A DNA stretch of 64,000 bases from an uncultured delta proteobacterium (GCA_963850465.1 CAWKLN010000042.1:45856-109855), one strand, 5' to 3'. Positions 29,732 to 39,552 are shown, counted from the stretch's first letter. The notes: generated by a model not told the origin, from the letters alone. Translations and numbers: made by a program.

Positions 29732-31111
29732 TTATACGGCGGGCTTTTCTTCAACGATCAGTTCCGGATGGTCGTTTAAAAATCGATACAGCGTTGCCCG
29801 TCCCACACCCAACAGGCGGGCTGCTTTGGATTTGTTGCCGGCCGTCTGCGCCAGCGCGCGTCGCACCGTGGCCTGGTTCAGCTTGCGTGAAGGCCCGCGG
29901 CGCAGGGTTTCGCGTCGCATCGCCCGAATCTCCATGGGCAAAGCGTCGATGGTGATCATGCGGCCGCTTGATTTTACCAGGGCAAACTGGATGGCATTCT
30001 GGAGTTCCCGGACATTGCCTGGCCAGGCGTAATCCATCAGCAGGGACATGGCTTCTTTTGACATACGAAGTGAAGCCTGGTTGTGCTTGAGCGCGGCTTC
30101 GTGCATGAAATGGTTGACCAGCAGGGGGATATCGGTGCGGCGTTCCCTCAGGGTCGGGATGTAAATCGGGATGACGCTCAGGCGATAGAACAGATCCTCC
30201 CGAAACGCGCCGTGCCGCACCTCTTCCTTCAAATCCTTGTTGGTGGCGCTTATCACCTTGACATTGACGGCGATCGTCTTCTCGCCCCCCACCCGCTCGA
30301 AGGTCCCCTCCTGCAGAAAGCGGAGCAGTTTGACCTGCATGGGTTTGGACAGATCTGCGACTTCGTCCAGAAAAATGGTGCCGCGGTCGGCCAGTTCGAA
30401 GCGGCCTTTCTTATCGCGAATGGCACCGGTAAAGGCCCCTTTGACGTGGCCGAACAGCTCGCTTTCAATCAACCCCTCCGGCAGGGCGCCGCAATTGATT
30501 GGCACAAAAGGGGTGCCGGCCCGGTGGCTCTCATTGTGAATGGCATTGGCCACCAATTCCTTGCCGGTCCCGGTTTCCCCGAAAATATGCACCGGGTAGT
30601 CATAGGCGGCGACATCGCTGATCTGCTGAAACACCTGCAGCATCTTGGCATCCCGCCCGATGATGTTGGCAAAGCGGTTCAAATTTCCGGATTGCAGCTG
30701 CAGCCGCAGCTCGTCCGTAATGTCTCGGAAAAGGGCCAGGACACCGACTTCGTTGCCGGACGCATCCCGCATCATGGTCACGCTCATCTCGATGCGGCGG
30801 CTTTCACAGGTTTTGGTGGTGATATTGAGGGTGTATTCTTTCTTGTCGAGGGCACCGGGGGCCAGCTCGCTGTGGTCGCAAAAAGAGCAACGCTCACCGC
30901 AAAAGGGGATACCGAAAGCGTCGTGGCAGTCGCGGCCCAGAATTTCTTCCCGGCTGAATCCGGTGATTTGTTCGGCCTGGTGATTGAAAAAGAAAATCCG
31001 GCGTTTCAAGTCATGCGCAATGACCCCTTCTTTGAGATTATCGAGAATACGGGCCAGATTTTCCCGGGGGGCCAGAATTCGGTTCAGGTTGGTTTCCGCC
31101 ATGGCTTCCAT
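29732..31111 (-). CDS. Sigma-54-dependent activator (PAS-AAA+-HTH)
   Basis: PAS with CH...CGERCSFC, GETGTGKE, ESELFGHVKGAFTGA, WPGNVREL, LGVGRATLYR; start 31111 or 31102. Confidence 0.93.
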   Translation of the reverse strand: MEAMAETNLNRILAPRENLARILDNLKEGVIAHDLKRRIFFFNHQAEQITGFSREEILGRDCHDAFGIPFCGERCSFCDHSELAPGALDKKEYTLNITTKTCESRRIEMSVTMMRDASGNEVGVLALFRDITDELRLQLQSGNLNRFANIIGRDAKMLQVFQQISDVAAYDYPVHIFGETGTGKELVANAIHNESHRAGTPFVPINCGALPEGLIESELFGHVKGAFTGAIRDKKGRFELADRGTIFLDEVADLSKPMQVKLLRFLQEGTFERVGGEKTIAVNVKVISATNKDLKEEVRHGAFREDLFYRLSVIPIYIPTLRERRTDIPLLVNHFMHEAALKHNQASLRMSKEAMSLLMDYAWPGNVRELQNAIQFALVKSSGRMITIDALPMEIRAMRRETLRRGPSRKLNQATVRRALAQTAGNKSKAARLLGVGRATLYRFLNDHPELIVEEKPAV

Positions 31112-31225
31112 TATCCGACGCGAGGGGTGATTGCCGGGACATAAATACTTCATTCAACAATGAAAGTCAAACGAGATAAGAAATCAGATCAAGAGGTTAC
31201 AAGGCTTTATCCTGGCTTCGCAACC

Positions 31226-31951
31226 TCACAGGCGAATGGGCAGGCGACGGTTGAGGCGAATTCCCCGCAGATCGATGTGGACGTCATAGGCGAGCATTTC
31301 AACACCCTGGGCGACCGCCTGTCGCAGGGCTTTCCCATAAGCGGGATCGATATCATCGGCCGGTCGGAATTCCTCCGCGTCCATGCGTTGGATAAAGTAA
31401 AACATGACGCTGCGGTTGCGCGTCGATAGCTGGGCCGTTAGTTCATGCAGATGCTTTAAACCCCGGGTGGTGACCGCATCCGGGAAGCGTGCGATACGAT
31501 CCTTGACCATCGTACAGTTTTTGATTTCGACATGGCAGGTCCCGCGCGCTTCGTCCCGCAACAGCAGATCCACTCGGGAGTGCCCGCCCATCCTGACTTC
31601 GGAGTTCACTTCGGCATAACCGCACAGCTCCGCCACCTGCCCGGACCGGACCGCATGCTTGACAAGCCGGTTGGGCACCAGGGTATTGACGCCCACCAGC
31701 GATTCCGGCATCTGGATGAGCTCCCACGTATAGCGGTATTTACGCTTGGGGTTGTCGTGAACGGATAGATAGACGGGACGACCCGGCGCGCAGCAGTCCT
31801 TCATGCTGCCGGTGTTCGGGCAGTGTGCGGTGACGGTGGAACCATTTTCCAGCGCCACGTCGGCCAGAAATCGCTTATAGCGTTTGAGCAGGGTTCCCCC
31901 GACAAGCGATGGCCACATCAGGCCGGTTGGCGCTTCTGACATCGTATTCAC
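31226..31951 (-). CDS. sfsA: SfsA-family DNA/RNA nuclease
   Basis: KRYKRFLADV, HCPNTGSM, SRVD, EIKN, FPDAVTTRGLKHL. Confidence 0.93.
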   Translation of the reverse strand: MNTMSEAPTGLMWPSLVGGTLLKRYKRFLADVALENGSTVTAHCPNTGSMKDCCAPGRPVYLSVHDNPKRKYRYTWELIQMPESLVGVNTLVPNRLVKHAVRSGQVAELCGYAEVNSEVRMGGHSRVDLLLRDEARGTCHVEIKNCTMVKDRIARFPDAVTTRGLKHLHELTAQLSTRNRSVMFYFIQRMDAEEFRPADDIDPAYGKALRQAVAQGVEMLAYDVHIDLRGIRLNRRLPIRL

Positions 31952-31960
31952 CAGTATTGA

Positions 31961-32515
31961 TCAGAGGTTATCGGCTGGGGGGGCGGCTTTAAGAAACCGC
32001 GCGACGATCAGGTCGGCCAGGGCCGGGATATCCTCCAAATCGAATATCGAGAGGCCGTTGGCGGCCGGGGAGGGCATGGTGACATCCGTCACGAGGGCAA
32101 AAAGGCCGGGATCTTCAAGAAACAAAGGATTGGCATGCACGGCTTGGCGCAGCACTTCAAGTTTGGGCATGCGTGCGGACTTGAAACCCTCCGCAATGAT
32201 CAGGTCCATCCCCGCCATCATATGGCGAAGGGTGTCCAGCGTTTCGGTGGGGGCCTTGATGACCATGGCGATTTTATCGGGTCCGGCCACCGCCACGATA
32301 TCCGCACCGGCCTGCTGATGGCGCCAGCTGTCTTTGCCCTCGCGGTCGACGGCGAAGCCGTGGGCCGCATGTTTGACGGTGCCCACCCGGTAACCGCGCT
32401 GTTTCAGTTCCGGCAGCAGTTTTTCGATGAGGGTGGTTTTACCGGCATCGGAATATCCCACAACGGTGATGACCGGTGGCAGGGTGTTCGGGTTTGGTGA
32501 TTGGGTCATATGCAT
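31961..32515 (-). CDS. mobB: Molybdopterin-guanine dinucleotide biosynthesis protein B
   Basis: GYSDAGKTT, VKHAAH, GKDSWRH, EGFK. Confidence 0.92.
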   Translation of the reverse strand: MHMTQSPNPNTLPPVITVVGYSDAGKTTLIEKLLPELKQRGYRVGTVKHAAHGFAVDREGKDSWRHQQAGADIVAVAGPDKIAMVIKAPTETLDTLRHMMAGMDLIIAEGFKSARMPKLEVLRQAVHANPLFLEDPGLFALVTDVTMPSPAANGLSIFDLEDIPALADLIVARFLKAAPPADNL

Positions 32516-32568
32516 GCAACGCCGACGCGACGGCGATTCTCCCTTCGGGCTGATTATAAGGCAGGCGC

Positions 32569-32597
32569 AGCTTATGCGCGAATAGACGGGTTGTCAA
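32569..32597 (-). promoter_or_regulatory. Putative sigma-70 promoter for mobB-sfsA
   Basis: Minus strand TTGACA-N17-TAAGCT. Confidence 0.45.
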
Positions 32598-32625
32598 GGC
32601 TGATGGCGCCACCGCCCGGGCGCCT

Positions 32626-33618
32626 TCAGCGCTTGGTCTGCATGATGGATTTATAGGCCTCGGAGAGACGGATGAAATCGCGCTGCCGGCCGCCCTGGTC
32701 CGGATGCAGTTCCATGGCCTTCTGCCGGAACAGGCGGGAAAATTCCCGTCGACTCATCTGTTTCAAGGTATCGGCCGCCACGCCGAAAATCGAACTGGCG
32801 GTTGTGAAGGAAACTCTTTTTTTTTGTTCCGGCCATTTGTGGCGCCGGTGGGCGTTTCGGAATTGATTGAAAAGATTTTCCAGCACGTCGCTGCGGCCGT
32901 AATCCAGGTCAAAATACATGATCAGGTAACGCACGAGATAGTCGCCCAGGTGGTCCTGCACGGGCATGCCGGCCCAGAACCCGTTATCGGCGTTGAGGCG
33001 GCAGAGTTCCTGCACGAAATACGTGTCGACAGCTTCCGGGTCCAGCGCCTCGGGCATGGACTTGGCGCACAATTCGTTGAAAAAACGCTGCAGGTCGAAG
33101 ATGACATACACATAGGCTTTGCGCTCGTGGGCTTTCAGAATGCGTTCGGCCTGCAGGAAATACTGTTCGATCTCATCGCGGGAACGGTTACGGACGGGCC
33201 GTAAAATTTTGGCGGGCACCCGGCCGATGGGTCCCTGATCCATTCGGCCGAAGCGCAGAAAGTGGATGCGGCGTTTATCGAAAAGATGCACCGGCTGACG
33301 GGCGCTATGAACGGTCGGTTGCGCGGGCGGCGATTGCCGCTCACGGAAGGCACCCACGGCATGGCGGATGTATTCGTCTACAAACGGCCAGAGCAGGTCG
33401 TCCAGTTCGTCCGGGTCGGGGTGGCCCCCCTTGATCCTGATCCGGTCTTCCAACTCCGGGTCAATATAATAAGCCCGACCTCCGGGGTAGACGATGTATT
33501 GTGAGGGATCGGGCCCCAGCTCAACCAGGTCGCGGCTGCGGTAGCAGTCGCGATCCCAGTAGGATTCGCGGATCAGGAAGCGATACCACTGTTTTTCAGG
33601 GATGGCTGCAAGGTACAT
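32626..33618 (-). CDS. Protein with C-terminal J-domain
   Basis: C-terminal FRQKAMELHPDQGG...FIRLSEAY (HPD motif); unknown N-terminal domain. Confidence 0.8.
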   Translation of the reverse strand: MYLAAIPEKQWYRFLIRESYWDRDCYRSRDLVELGPDPSQYIVYPGGRAYYIDPELEDRIRIKGGHPDPDELDDLLWPFVDEYIRHAVGAFRERQSPPAQPTVHSARQPVHLFDKRRIHFLRFGRMDQGPIGRVPAKILRPVRNRSRDEIEQYFLQAERILKAHERKAYVYVIFDLQRFFNELCAKSMPEALDPEAVDTYFVQELCRLNADNGFWAGMPVQDHLGDYLVRYLIMYFDLDYGRSDVLENLFNQFRNAHRRHKWPEQKKRVSFTTASSIFGVAADTLKQMSRREFSRLFRQKAMELHPDQGGRQRDFIRLSEAYKSIMQTKR

Positions 33619-33718
33619 GGTGTCCCGTTTCGCGTGGATGGCTGCGATACCACCCGCTTCTTGCACGGTATGTCTTCAGACGGAATTGTTGAAATAGCCG
33701 TTCAATGCCACCACCCCA

Positions 33719-34222
33719 TCAACTATCCAGCGCCTGCAGGGCGGCATCGTAGTCGGGTTCCTCAGCGATTTCAGGAACGAGCTGGTTGTAGATCACGCGT
33801 CCCTTTTCGTCCACGACCACCACCGCGCGCGCAAACAGGCCTTTGAGGGGCCCGTCCGTTATGTTTACGCCATAGCGCGTGCCGAATTCGGCATGGCGAA
33901 AGGCGGAGGCCGAGACAACTTTTTCGAGACCTTCGGCCCCGCAGAAGCGGGCATGGGCAAACGGCAAATCCATCGACGCGCAAATCGCCACAGCATTGCC
34001 GCGCTTTCCGATTTCGGCATTGAACCGGCGCACGGACATGGCGCAGGTGGGGGTGTCGACACTGGGGAAGATATTCAGCACAACCTTCTGGCCGGCAAAG
34101 TCCGGCAAGGAGACTTCTTTGAGATTCTTGTCGACCAGGGTAAAGCCGGGCGCCGCTTCTCCGACAGCGGGCAGGTTGCCGATGGTCTGTACGGGATTGC
34201 CTTTCAAGGTTATTTGGGCCAT
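33719..34222 (-). CDS. tpx: Thiol peroxidase
   Basis: MAQITLKGN, FPSVDTPTC, SMDLPFAHARFC, ARAVVV, EPDY; AAGGAGG RBS. Confidence 0.95.
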   Translation of the reverse strand: MAQITLKGNPVQTIGNLPAVGEAAPGFTLVDKNLKEVSLPDFAGQKVVLNIFPSVDTPTCAMSVRRFNAEIGKRGNAVAICASMDLPFAHARFCGAEGLEKVVSASAFRHAEFGTRYGVNITDGPLKGLFARAVVVVDEKGRVIYNQLVPEIAEEPDYDAALQALDS

Positions 34223-34235
34223 GTGTTCCTCCTTG

Positions 34236-34364
34236 ATGGACAGCTTTGTAAAATGCTCACTATCAGTGTTGTGCGGCATTCCTCGTCGCTGCGGCGTACA
34301 TCCGTACGCCTCACTCCTCGTAATTTGCACGCCTTGATATTGAACATTTTACAAAGCCGTCCAT
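34236..34364. mobile_element. MITE/REP-like palindromic element, copy 2
   Basis: 24-bp terminal IR ATGGACAGCTTTGTAAAATGCTCA / TGAACATTTTACAAAGCCGTCCAT; core CCTCGTCGCTGCGGCGTAC-N4-GTACGCCTC; abuts the tpx RBS. Confidence 0.75.
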
Positions 34365-34469
34365 AAAGTGATGATTGATGGGACCATCTTGATCGATGGT
34401 TAATTAATACTTCCCAAGACCATAAGACCTTTTGACTGGAAATAAAGTGCCGGCGTGTTTGCGATGCTT

Positions 34470-34976
34470 TCAGGGCGGGCAGTGGTCGGGGTCATCGTCG
34501 CAGGCGCTTTCCCGTTGTTTCTCGGCCAGTCGCGTCCTGCGCCGGGCCTGGGCCATGCGGTGACGGCGTTTCTGTTTTTCGGTGAGAAAGATCAGAGACG
34601 GGATCGGGGTGGGATGGCCGGCCTCGTCCAGGGCCACAAAGGTGAGAAAGGCCGAGGCCACGTGCCGGATGGCACCGCTCAGCAGATCCTCGGTTTCGGC
34701 CCGGACACCGACTTCCATCGAGGTCCGGCCGGCCAGATTGACACTGGCCTTGAGTATCAGAAGATTGCCGACAAAGGCCGGGTGGATGAAGTCCAGGCGG
34801 TCGATGGAGGCCGTCACCACATTGCGGCGGGCATGTCGGAAAGCGGCTACGCCGGCGGCACTGTCGATGTGCTTCATGATGACGCCGCCGTGAATATTGC
34901 CGGCCGGATTGGCGTCCTCCGGCAGCAGAAAATGGGTCAGAACGGTCCGGCTGGCAGACAGGGGTTTGGCTTTCAT
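34470..34976 (-). CDS. Acyl-CoA thioesterase (HotDog, YciA-like)
   Basis: PEDANPAGNIHGG, VVTASID, GRTSMEVGV, LTFVALD. Confidence 0.92.
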   Translation of the reverse strand: MKAKPLSASRTVLTHFLLPEDANPAGNIHGGVIMKHIDSAAGVAAFRHARRNVVTASIDRLDFIHPAFVGNLLILKASVNLAGRTSMEVGVRAETEDLLSGAIRHVASAFLTFVALDEAGHPTPIPSLIFLTEKQKRRHRMAQARRRTRLAEKQRESACDDDPDHCPP

Positions 34977-36979
34977 GGGTCATCGTCTCCCTGATGGTTG
35001 GGGGCGGGTTCGATGCGGCAGAAAGATTCGAAGTAGGCGGCATTTTCGCCCATGTCGGATAACGTGTCATTTGTAAGTTGGTTGACGGAGCCGCTCTGGT
35101 GCCACCAGCCCTGGTCGATTTTGAGGATGCCCGGGGCGACGCCGGGATCCAGTACAAGCGTGGCCTGGATCTGTCCCTGTGGACTGATTACCAGGATGGC
35201 CTGGCCGGAGGAGAGTTTCAGTGGCTCGGCCTCGTCCGGATGAATCGATGCCACCGGCCGGTCGTATCGAAAGGCAAAGTGCTGGGAGTGCAGTGAATGC
35301 GCGTGATGAGGTGTCAGCAGCCGCAGCGGAAAAGCAGGCGGTGCGGCCAGGGTAGCGATATAGGTGGGCAGCGGCGGGTTTCCGTCTGCCATGGCGTTGC
35401 GGGAATAAAACGCATAGCGACCGGAAGGCGTGGCGAAGTTACCATCCGACCAGGGGACATCCTCATCGGGCAGCTTGAAGGGTGCGGTCTGCAGGCTGTC
35501 CAGCGTCACGCCGAATTCACGGGTCAGGGGCCGGATGGCATTTTCCAGAAAGGTGCGGGCCGGGATGTCGGGATAGCTGCTGAGGCGCAGGCGTCGCGCC
35601 AGTTGACGAAACATTTCGTATTCGCCGAGCATGCCCTCGGGCGGCGGCACGGCCTGCGAGGCGTAGTTCAGGTAAGGCGAAAACATGGAACTGAAGACAA
35701 GGTCCTCCTCTTCCAGGATGCTGGTGCAGGGCAGCACCAGGTCGGCAGCACGGGCCGTGTCGGTCATGAACATGTCGATGACGATTTTGAAGGGCACCTG
35801 GGCCAAGGCCGATTGCAGGGACCGGATGTCGGGCATCTGAACGAGCGGGTTGGCTTTGGCGATCATCGTGACGGCGATGGGAGGGGTCTTGGCCGAACGG
35901 ATAAAGTGGGCCATGCGGGGCAGCGGGAAGGTGCGCCCGCGGGGTGGGGGCGCATCGTTCGGTGCGCCGCCGTCCCGATCAATCCAGCGGGTAATGGACC
36001 GGTTGGCATAGTTGACGCCACCCCCGGAACGGCCGATATTGCCGGTCATGGCCCCCAGGGCGTCGATGCAGCGCACGGTATTGCCGCCGTTGGCATAGCG
36101 CTGGAGGCCCATGCCGATGATTATGCTGGCCGGCGACTGATCTGCGTATTGCGTGGCGGTTCGGCGTATCGTGTCGGCATCCAGGCCGGTGATGGCCCCG
36201 GCATGTTCCGGGGTATAAGCTTTGAGGGTTTGGGCAAAACGCTTGAATCCCCGGGTGTGCCGGGTGATGAACGCTTCATCGATGCGTCCGGTGGCCAGCA
36301 GATGATGGGCCATCCCCAGCGCCAGGGCCCCATCGGTGCCGGGCCGGGGCTGCAGGTGGATGTCGGCCTGCCGGGCGCTGAGGGTGTTCAGGGGGTCGAT
36401 GACGATCAATGTGGCGCCCCGCCGGCGGGCTTGCTGCAGAAACGGTACCAGGTGCGGATTCGTAGCGACCGGGTTGCGCCCCCAGATCAGGATACAGCGG
36501 GCCTTGGCCAGGTCGTGGGGAGCATGGCCGCGGACATCGCCGAAGTCATAGCGCTGGGCGGCCATCCCGGCGGCCCAGCACAGGCTCCCCCGGGGTGACG
36601 ACACGCCGCCTATCTTTTTGAAAAAAAGGTCGTCGACGGATTTCACCAGACCGCCGTAGCCACTGTCGGCATAGTAGAGAATGGAGTGGCTGCCATGGTC
36701 GCGGACAGCGTTTGCAAACTGCCGGGCAATGATGTCAAGGGCCGCTTCCCAGGAAATGGTTTTCCAGCGGCGGCCTTCTTTCACGCGGGGCGCAAGCAGC
36801 CGCTGGGGATGGTAAAGACGTTCCAGCAGCTTTTTGCCCTTTATGCAGATGCGGCCCTGTGTGAGCGGGTGATCAGGGTTGCCTCTTACGCGGGCCACCC
36901 GCCCGTCGACAACCTCGGCCAGCAGGCCGCAGGCGTCAAAACAATCCAGGGGACAGGCAAATTTGAGAATGTGATTCAT
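34973..36979 (-). CDS. Cytoplasmic Mo/W-bis-MGD oxidoreductase (DMSO-reductase superfamily)
   Basis: N-terminal CPLDCFDAC...ICIKG Fe-S motif, GSLC metal ligand, WGRNP, PRPGTDGAL, TARAADLVLP; no Tat signal. Confidence 0.88.
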   Translation of the reverse strand: MNHILKFACPLDCFDACGLLAEVVDGRVARVRGNPDHPLTQGRICIKGKKLLERLYHPQRLLAPRVKEGRRWKTISWEAALDIIARQFANAVRDHGSHSILYYADSGYGGLVKSVDDLFFKKIGGVSSPRGSLCWAAGMAAQRYDFGDVRGHAPHDLAKARCILIWGRNPVATNPHLVPFLQQARRRGATLIVIDPLNTLSARQADIHLQPRPGTDGALALGMAHHLLATGRIDEAFITRHTRGFKRFAQTLKAYTPEHAGAITGLDADTIRRTATQYADQSPASIIIGMGLQRYANGGNTVRCIDALGAMTGNIGRSGGGVNYANRSITRWIDRDGGAPNDAPPPRGRTFPLPRMAHFIRSAKTPPIAVTMIAKANPLVQMPDIRSLQSALAQVPFKIVIDMFMTDTARAADLVLPCTSILEEEDLVFSSMFSPYLNYASQAVPPPEGMLGEYEMFRQLARRLRLSSYPDIPARTFLENAIRPLTREFGVTLDSLQTAPFKLPDEDVPWSDGNFATPSGRYAFYSRNAMADGNPPLPTYIATLAAPPAFPLRLLTPHHAHSLHSQHFAFRYDRPVASIHPDEAEPLKLSSGQAILVISPQGQIQATLVLDPGVAPGILKIDQGWWHQSGSVNQLTNDTLSDMGENAAYFESFCRIEPAPNHQGDDDP

Positions 36980-38181
36980 GACGGCACGATTCCGATGGCG
37001 ATCCACACCGGTCGGCCGCCGTGCATGACCGTATAGCGTTTAACCGCAAAAGGAACCTGTCGGATGAGGCCTTCTTCCGGCAGCACCAGGAGCATACGCC
37101 AGCCCCGGAAATCCCGTTGCAGCTTGCCCAGGATTTCACCGATCAGGCGGGGGGTCGCCTCCGGCTTGCCTAATCGGCGACCATAGGGCGGGTTGAGCGT
37201 GATCAGGCCTCTGCGTTTCCCTGTTGCCGGGGGGGTGAGATCAAAAAAGTCCCGCTGTTGCAGATCGATGGCGTCCGTCAGACCGGATCCGGGCAGCAGG
37301 GTGGCCAGTTGGTCGATGGCCGTCCGGCTGCGGTCGGAAGCATAGATTTGAGGTTTTGTCAGGAGGGGCGTCCGGGCGGCCGTCTGGTTGAGCAGGTACT
37401 GCCAATGGGATGGCCGAAAGGCGGGCCAGTCCATGAAGGCGAAGGATCGTCGCCCGCCCGGCGGGATCTGTTTTACGATCATGGCGGCTTCGATGGCAAA
37501 CGTGCCGCTGCCGCACATGGGATCGCAGAGGACGGTGTCACCGCCAAACCCGGCCTGTATCAAGGCGGCGGCGGCGAGGGTCTCCCGCAACGGCGCGCGA
37601 CCTCCCCGGGTTTTGATCCCGCGTTTATGCAAATGATCCCCGGAACTGTCCAACGAAAGGGTGATCCGATCCTCTTGCAGACGGGCCCATAGGCACTGGG
37701 GAAGCCATTCGCGGCCGGCCTCCGCATCCTTGCGCCCATGGAGGGCCAGACGCTCGGAGACGGCTTTCAAAATGCGTTCCGCCACGGCCTGGCTGTGATA
37801 AAGCTTCGACTGGCGAATGCTGACCCGCACATCGAGGGGTGCCTCTACTTTAAAATAGATTTCCCAGGGGATGGCCCGGGTGCGTTCTTCGAGTTCATCG
37901 AAATGTCTGGCCTTGAATCCCTGAATTCGCATGAGGACGCGACTGGCCGTGCGGCACATCAGGTTGGCCTGGTAACAGGATGTCAGGCGCCCTTTGAAGC
38001 TCACGCCACCCCTGCTCAGGATCAGTTCTTGGGGAGGATCCTCGAGCGCGGCCAGTTCGTCGCGGCAGAGGGATTCAAGTCCCGGCGGGGTAACCACATA
38101 GAAATCCTGTGGCCGACCGATCACATGCTGTTTGATGCGGCGTGCCAGGGCTTTTTTGTTGGTATCGATGGTGGTGGTCAT
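36976..38181 (-). CDS. THUMP-domain RNA methyltransferase (RlmL-like)
   Basis: SLDSSGDHLHKRG, APLRETLAA, DPMCGSGT, NPPYG. Confidence 0.9.
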   Translation of the reverse strand: MTTTIDTNKKALARRIKQHVIGRPQDFYVVTPPGLESLCRDELAALEDPPQELILSRGGVSFKGRLTSCYQANLMCRTASRVLMRIQGFKARHFDELEERTRAIPWEIYFKVEAPLDVRVSIRQSKLYHSQAVAERILKAVSERLALHGRKDAEAGREWLPQCLWARLQEDRITLSLDSSGDHLHKRGIKTRGGRAPLRETLAAAALIQAGFGGDTVLCDPMCGSGTFAIEAAMIVKQIPPGGRRSFAFMDWPAFRPSHWQYLLNQTAARTPLLTKPQIYASDRSRTAIDQLATLLPGSGLTDAIDLQQRDFFDLTPPATGKRRGLITLNPPYGRRLGKPEATPRLIGEILGKLQRDFRGWRMLLVLPEEGLIRQVPFAVKRYTVMHGGRPVWIAIGIVPS

Positions 38182-38348
38182 GGTTGCTGGTGCCCGTGTC
38201 CGTAAAAGGTGATGGACGGAAAAAGTCCCCGAGGGTTGTCAATTGATTCTGAATGGTCTTTATTTCGCAGAGATCGACGGTTCAGGCAATACCCTTTCGT
38301 CCGACCCGTTACCCCACCCCCTTCTTTTCAATGTGGTGCGGAGGACCG

Positions 38349-39455
38349 ATGGCTGATGTTGAAATTCGTCGTGCGGCCTATGACGACACGTTGAAGGCGG
38401 TCATTTATCAAATGTTGACGGCGGGAGGCGCCGACCTCGGCACCCGAGGTCGGGTGTTGATCAAGCCCAATCTGCTACTGGCGGCCAAGCCGGCGCGGGC
38501 GGTGACCACCCATCCCCGGGTGGTGCGGGCGGTGGTCCAGTTTGTCCGGGACCAAGGGGGCGACCCCCTCATTGCCGACAGCCCGGCCGTGGGCAGCATG
38601 GCCCGGATCTACCGCAGCGGCGGCTACCGGGAGGCCCTGCAGGATCTGGATGTCCCCTTTCAGGCCTTCGATACGGAAGCTGTCGTGGACATTGGTCCCC
38701 CCTTCGGGCAGGTGCCGCTGGCCCGGCAGGCCCTGGAAGCGGACGCGGTGATCAACCTGGCCAAGCTCAAAACCCACAGCCAGATGACCCTGACCCTGGG
38801 GGTCAAGAATACCTTCGGCTGCGTGGTGGGCCTGAAGAAACCCGAATGGCACATGCGGGCCGGGGTCGACGAGGCCCTTTTCGCCCGCCTGGTGGTCCAG
38901 ATCCACCAGGCGGTTGCGCCGGTCTTCACCTTGATCGACGGCATCGTGGGCATGGACGGCCACGGACCGGGCAAGGCCGGCCGGCCGGTGCCGCTGGGGC
39001 TGTTGATGGGCAGCCGGAGCGCCTTTGCCGCTGATCATGCCGTGTGCGACCTGATGGGTCTGCCCCCGGAGCAGCTGCCGACCCTGGCCGCGGCCGAGGC
39101 CCTCGGTATTCCCCATACGCCTGCGCGCGTCACCGGCGATGGGCCGGATCGCATCCCATTCAACCTGCCGGAGGCCGGCACCACGCGTTTCGGCCCGGAA
39201 TGCCTGCAACCCCTCCTGCGTCGTCACCTTCTGCGACGGCCGGTGGCTGATCCTGATTTGTGCCGCCTGTGCGGTGAGTGCTGGCAATACTGCCCGGCCG
39301 GAGCCATTCAATGCCGGGAGGATCGTCTGCGCTTTGACTACAATCGCTGCATCCGCTGCTACTGCTGCATCGAAGTCTGCCCCCATGGGGCCATGACATC
39401 GGCGGAAACCCTGCCGGGTCGCCTGCTGCGAGGCCTGTGGTCCGGCAAGCATTAG
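38349..39455 (+). CDS. DUF362-domain protein with C-terminal 2x[4Fe-4S]
   Basis: VLIKPNLL, TTHP, KLKTH, GVKN.FG; CRLCGECWQYCP and CIRCYCCIEVCP. Confidence 0.88.
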   Translation: MADVEIRRAAYDDTLKAVIYQMLTAGGADLGTRGRVLIKPNLLLAAKPARAVTTHPRVVRAVVQFVRDQGGDPLIADSPAVGSMARIYRSGGYREALQDLDVPFQAFDTEAVVDIGPPFGQVPLARQALEADAVINLAKLKTHSQMTLTLGVKNTFGCVVGLKKPEWHMRAGVDEALFARLVVQIHQAVAPVFTLIDGIVGMDGHGPGKAGRPVPLGLLMGSRSAFAADHAVCDLMGLPPEQLPTLAAAEALGIPHTPARVTGDGPDRIPFNLPEAGTTRFGPECLQPLLRRHLLRRPVADPDLCRLCGECWQYCPAGAIQCREDRLRFDYNRCIRCYCCIEVCPHGAMTSAETLPGRLLRGLWSGKH

Positions 39456-39552
39456 CGGCTTCCGGGGTTAGACCTTAGCGGTGCTTACCCGGGCCGCTGT
39501 CGGCATCAGGCAAACGATCTCTCTTGCCCCTCCACTATTCCTCATTATCTCC

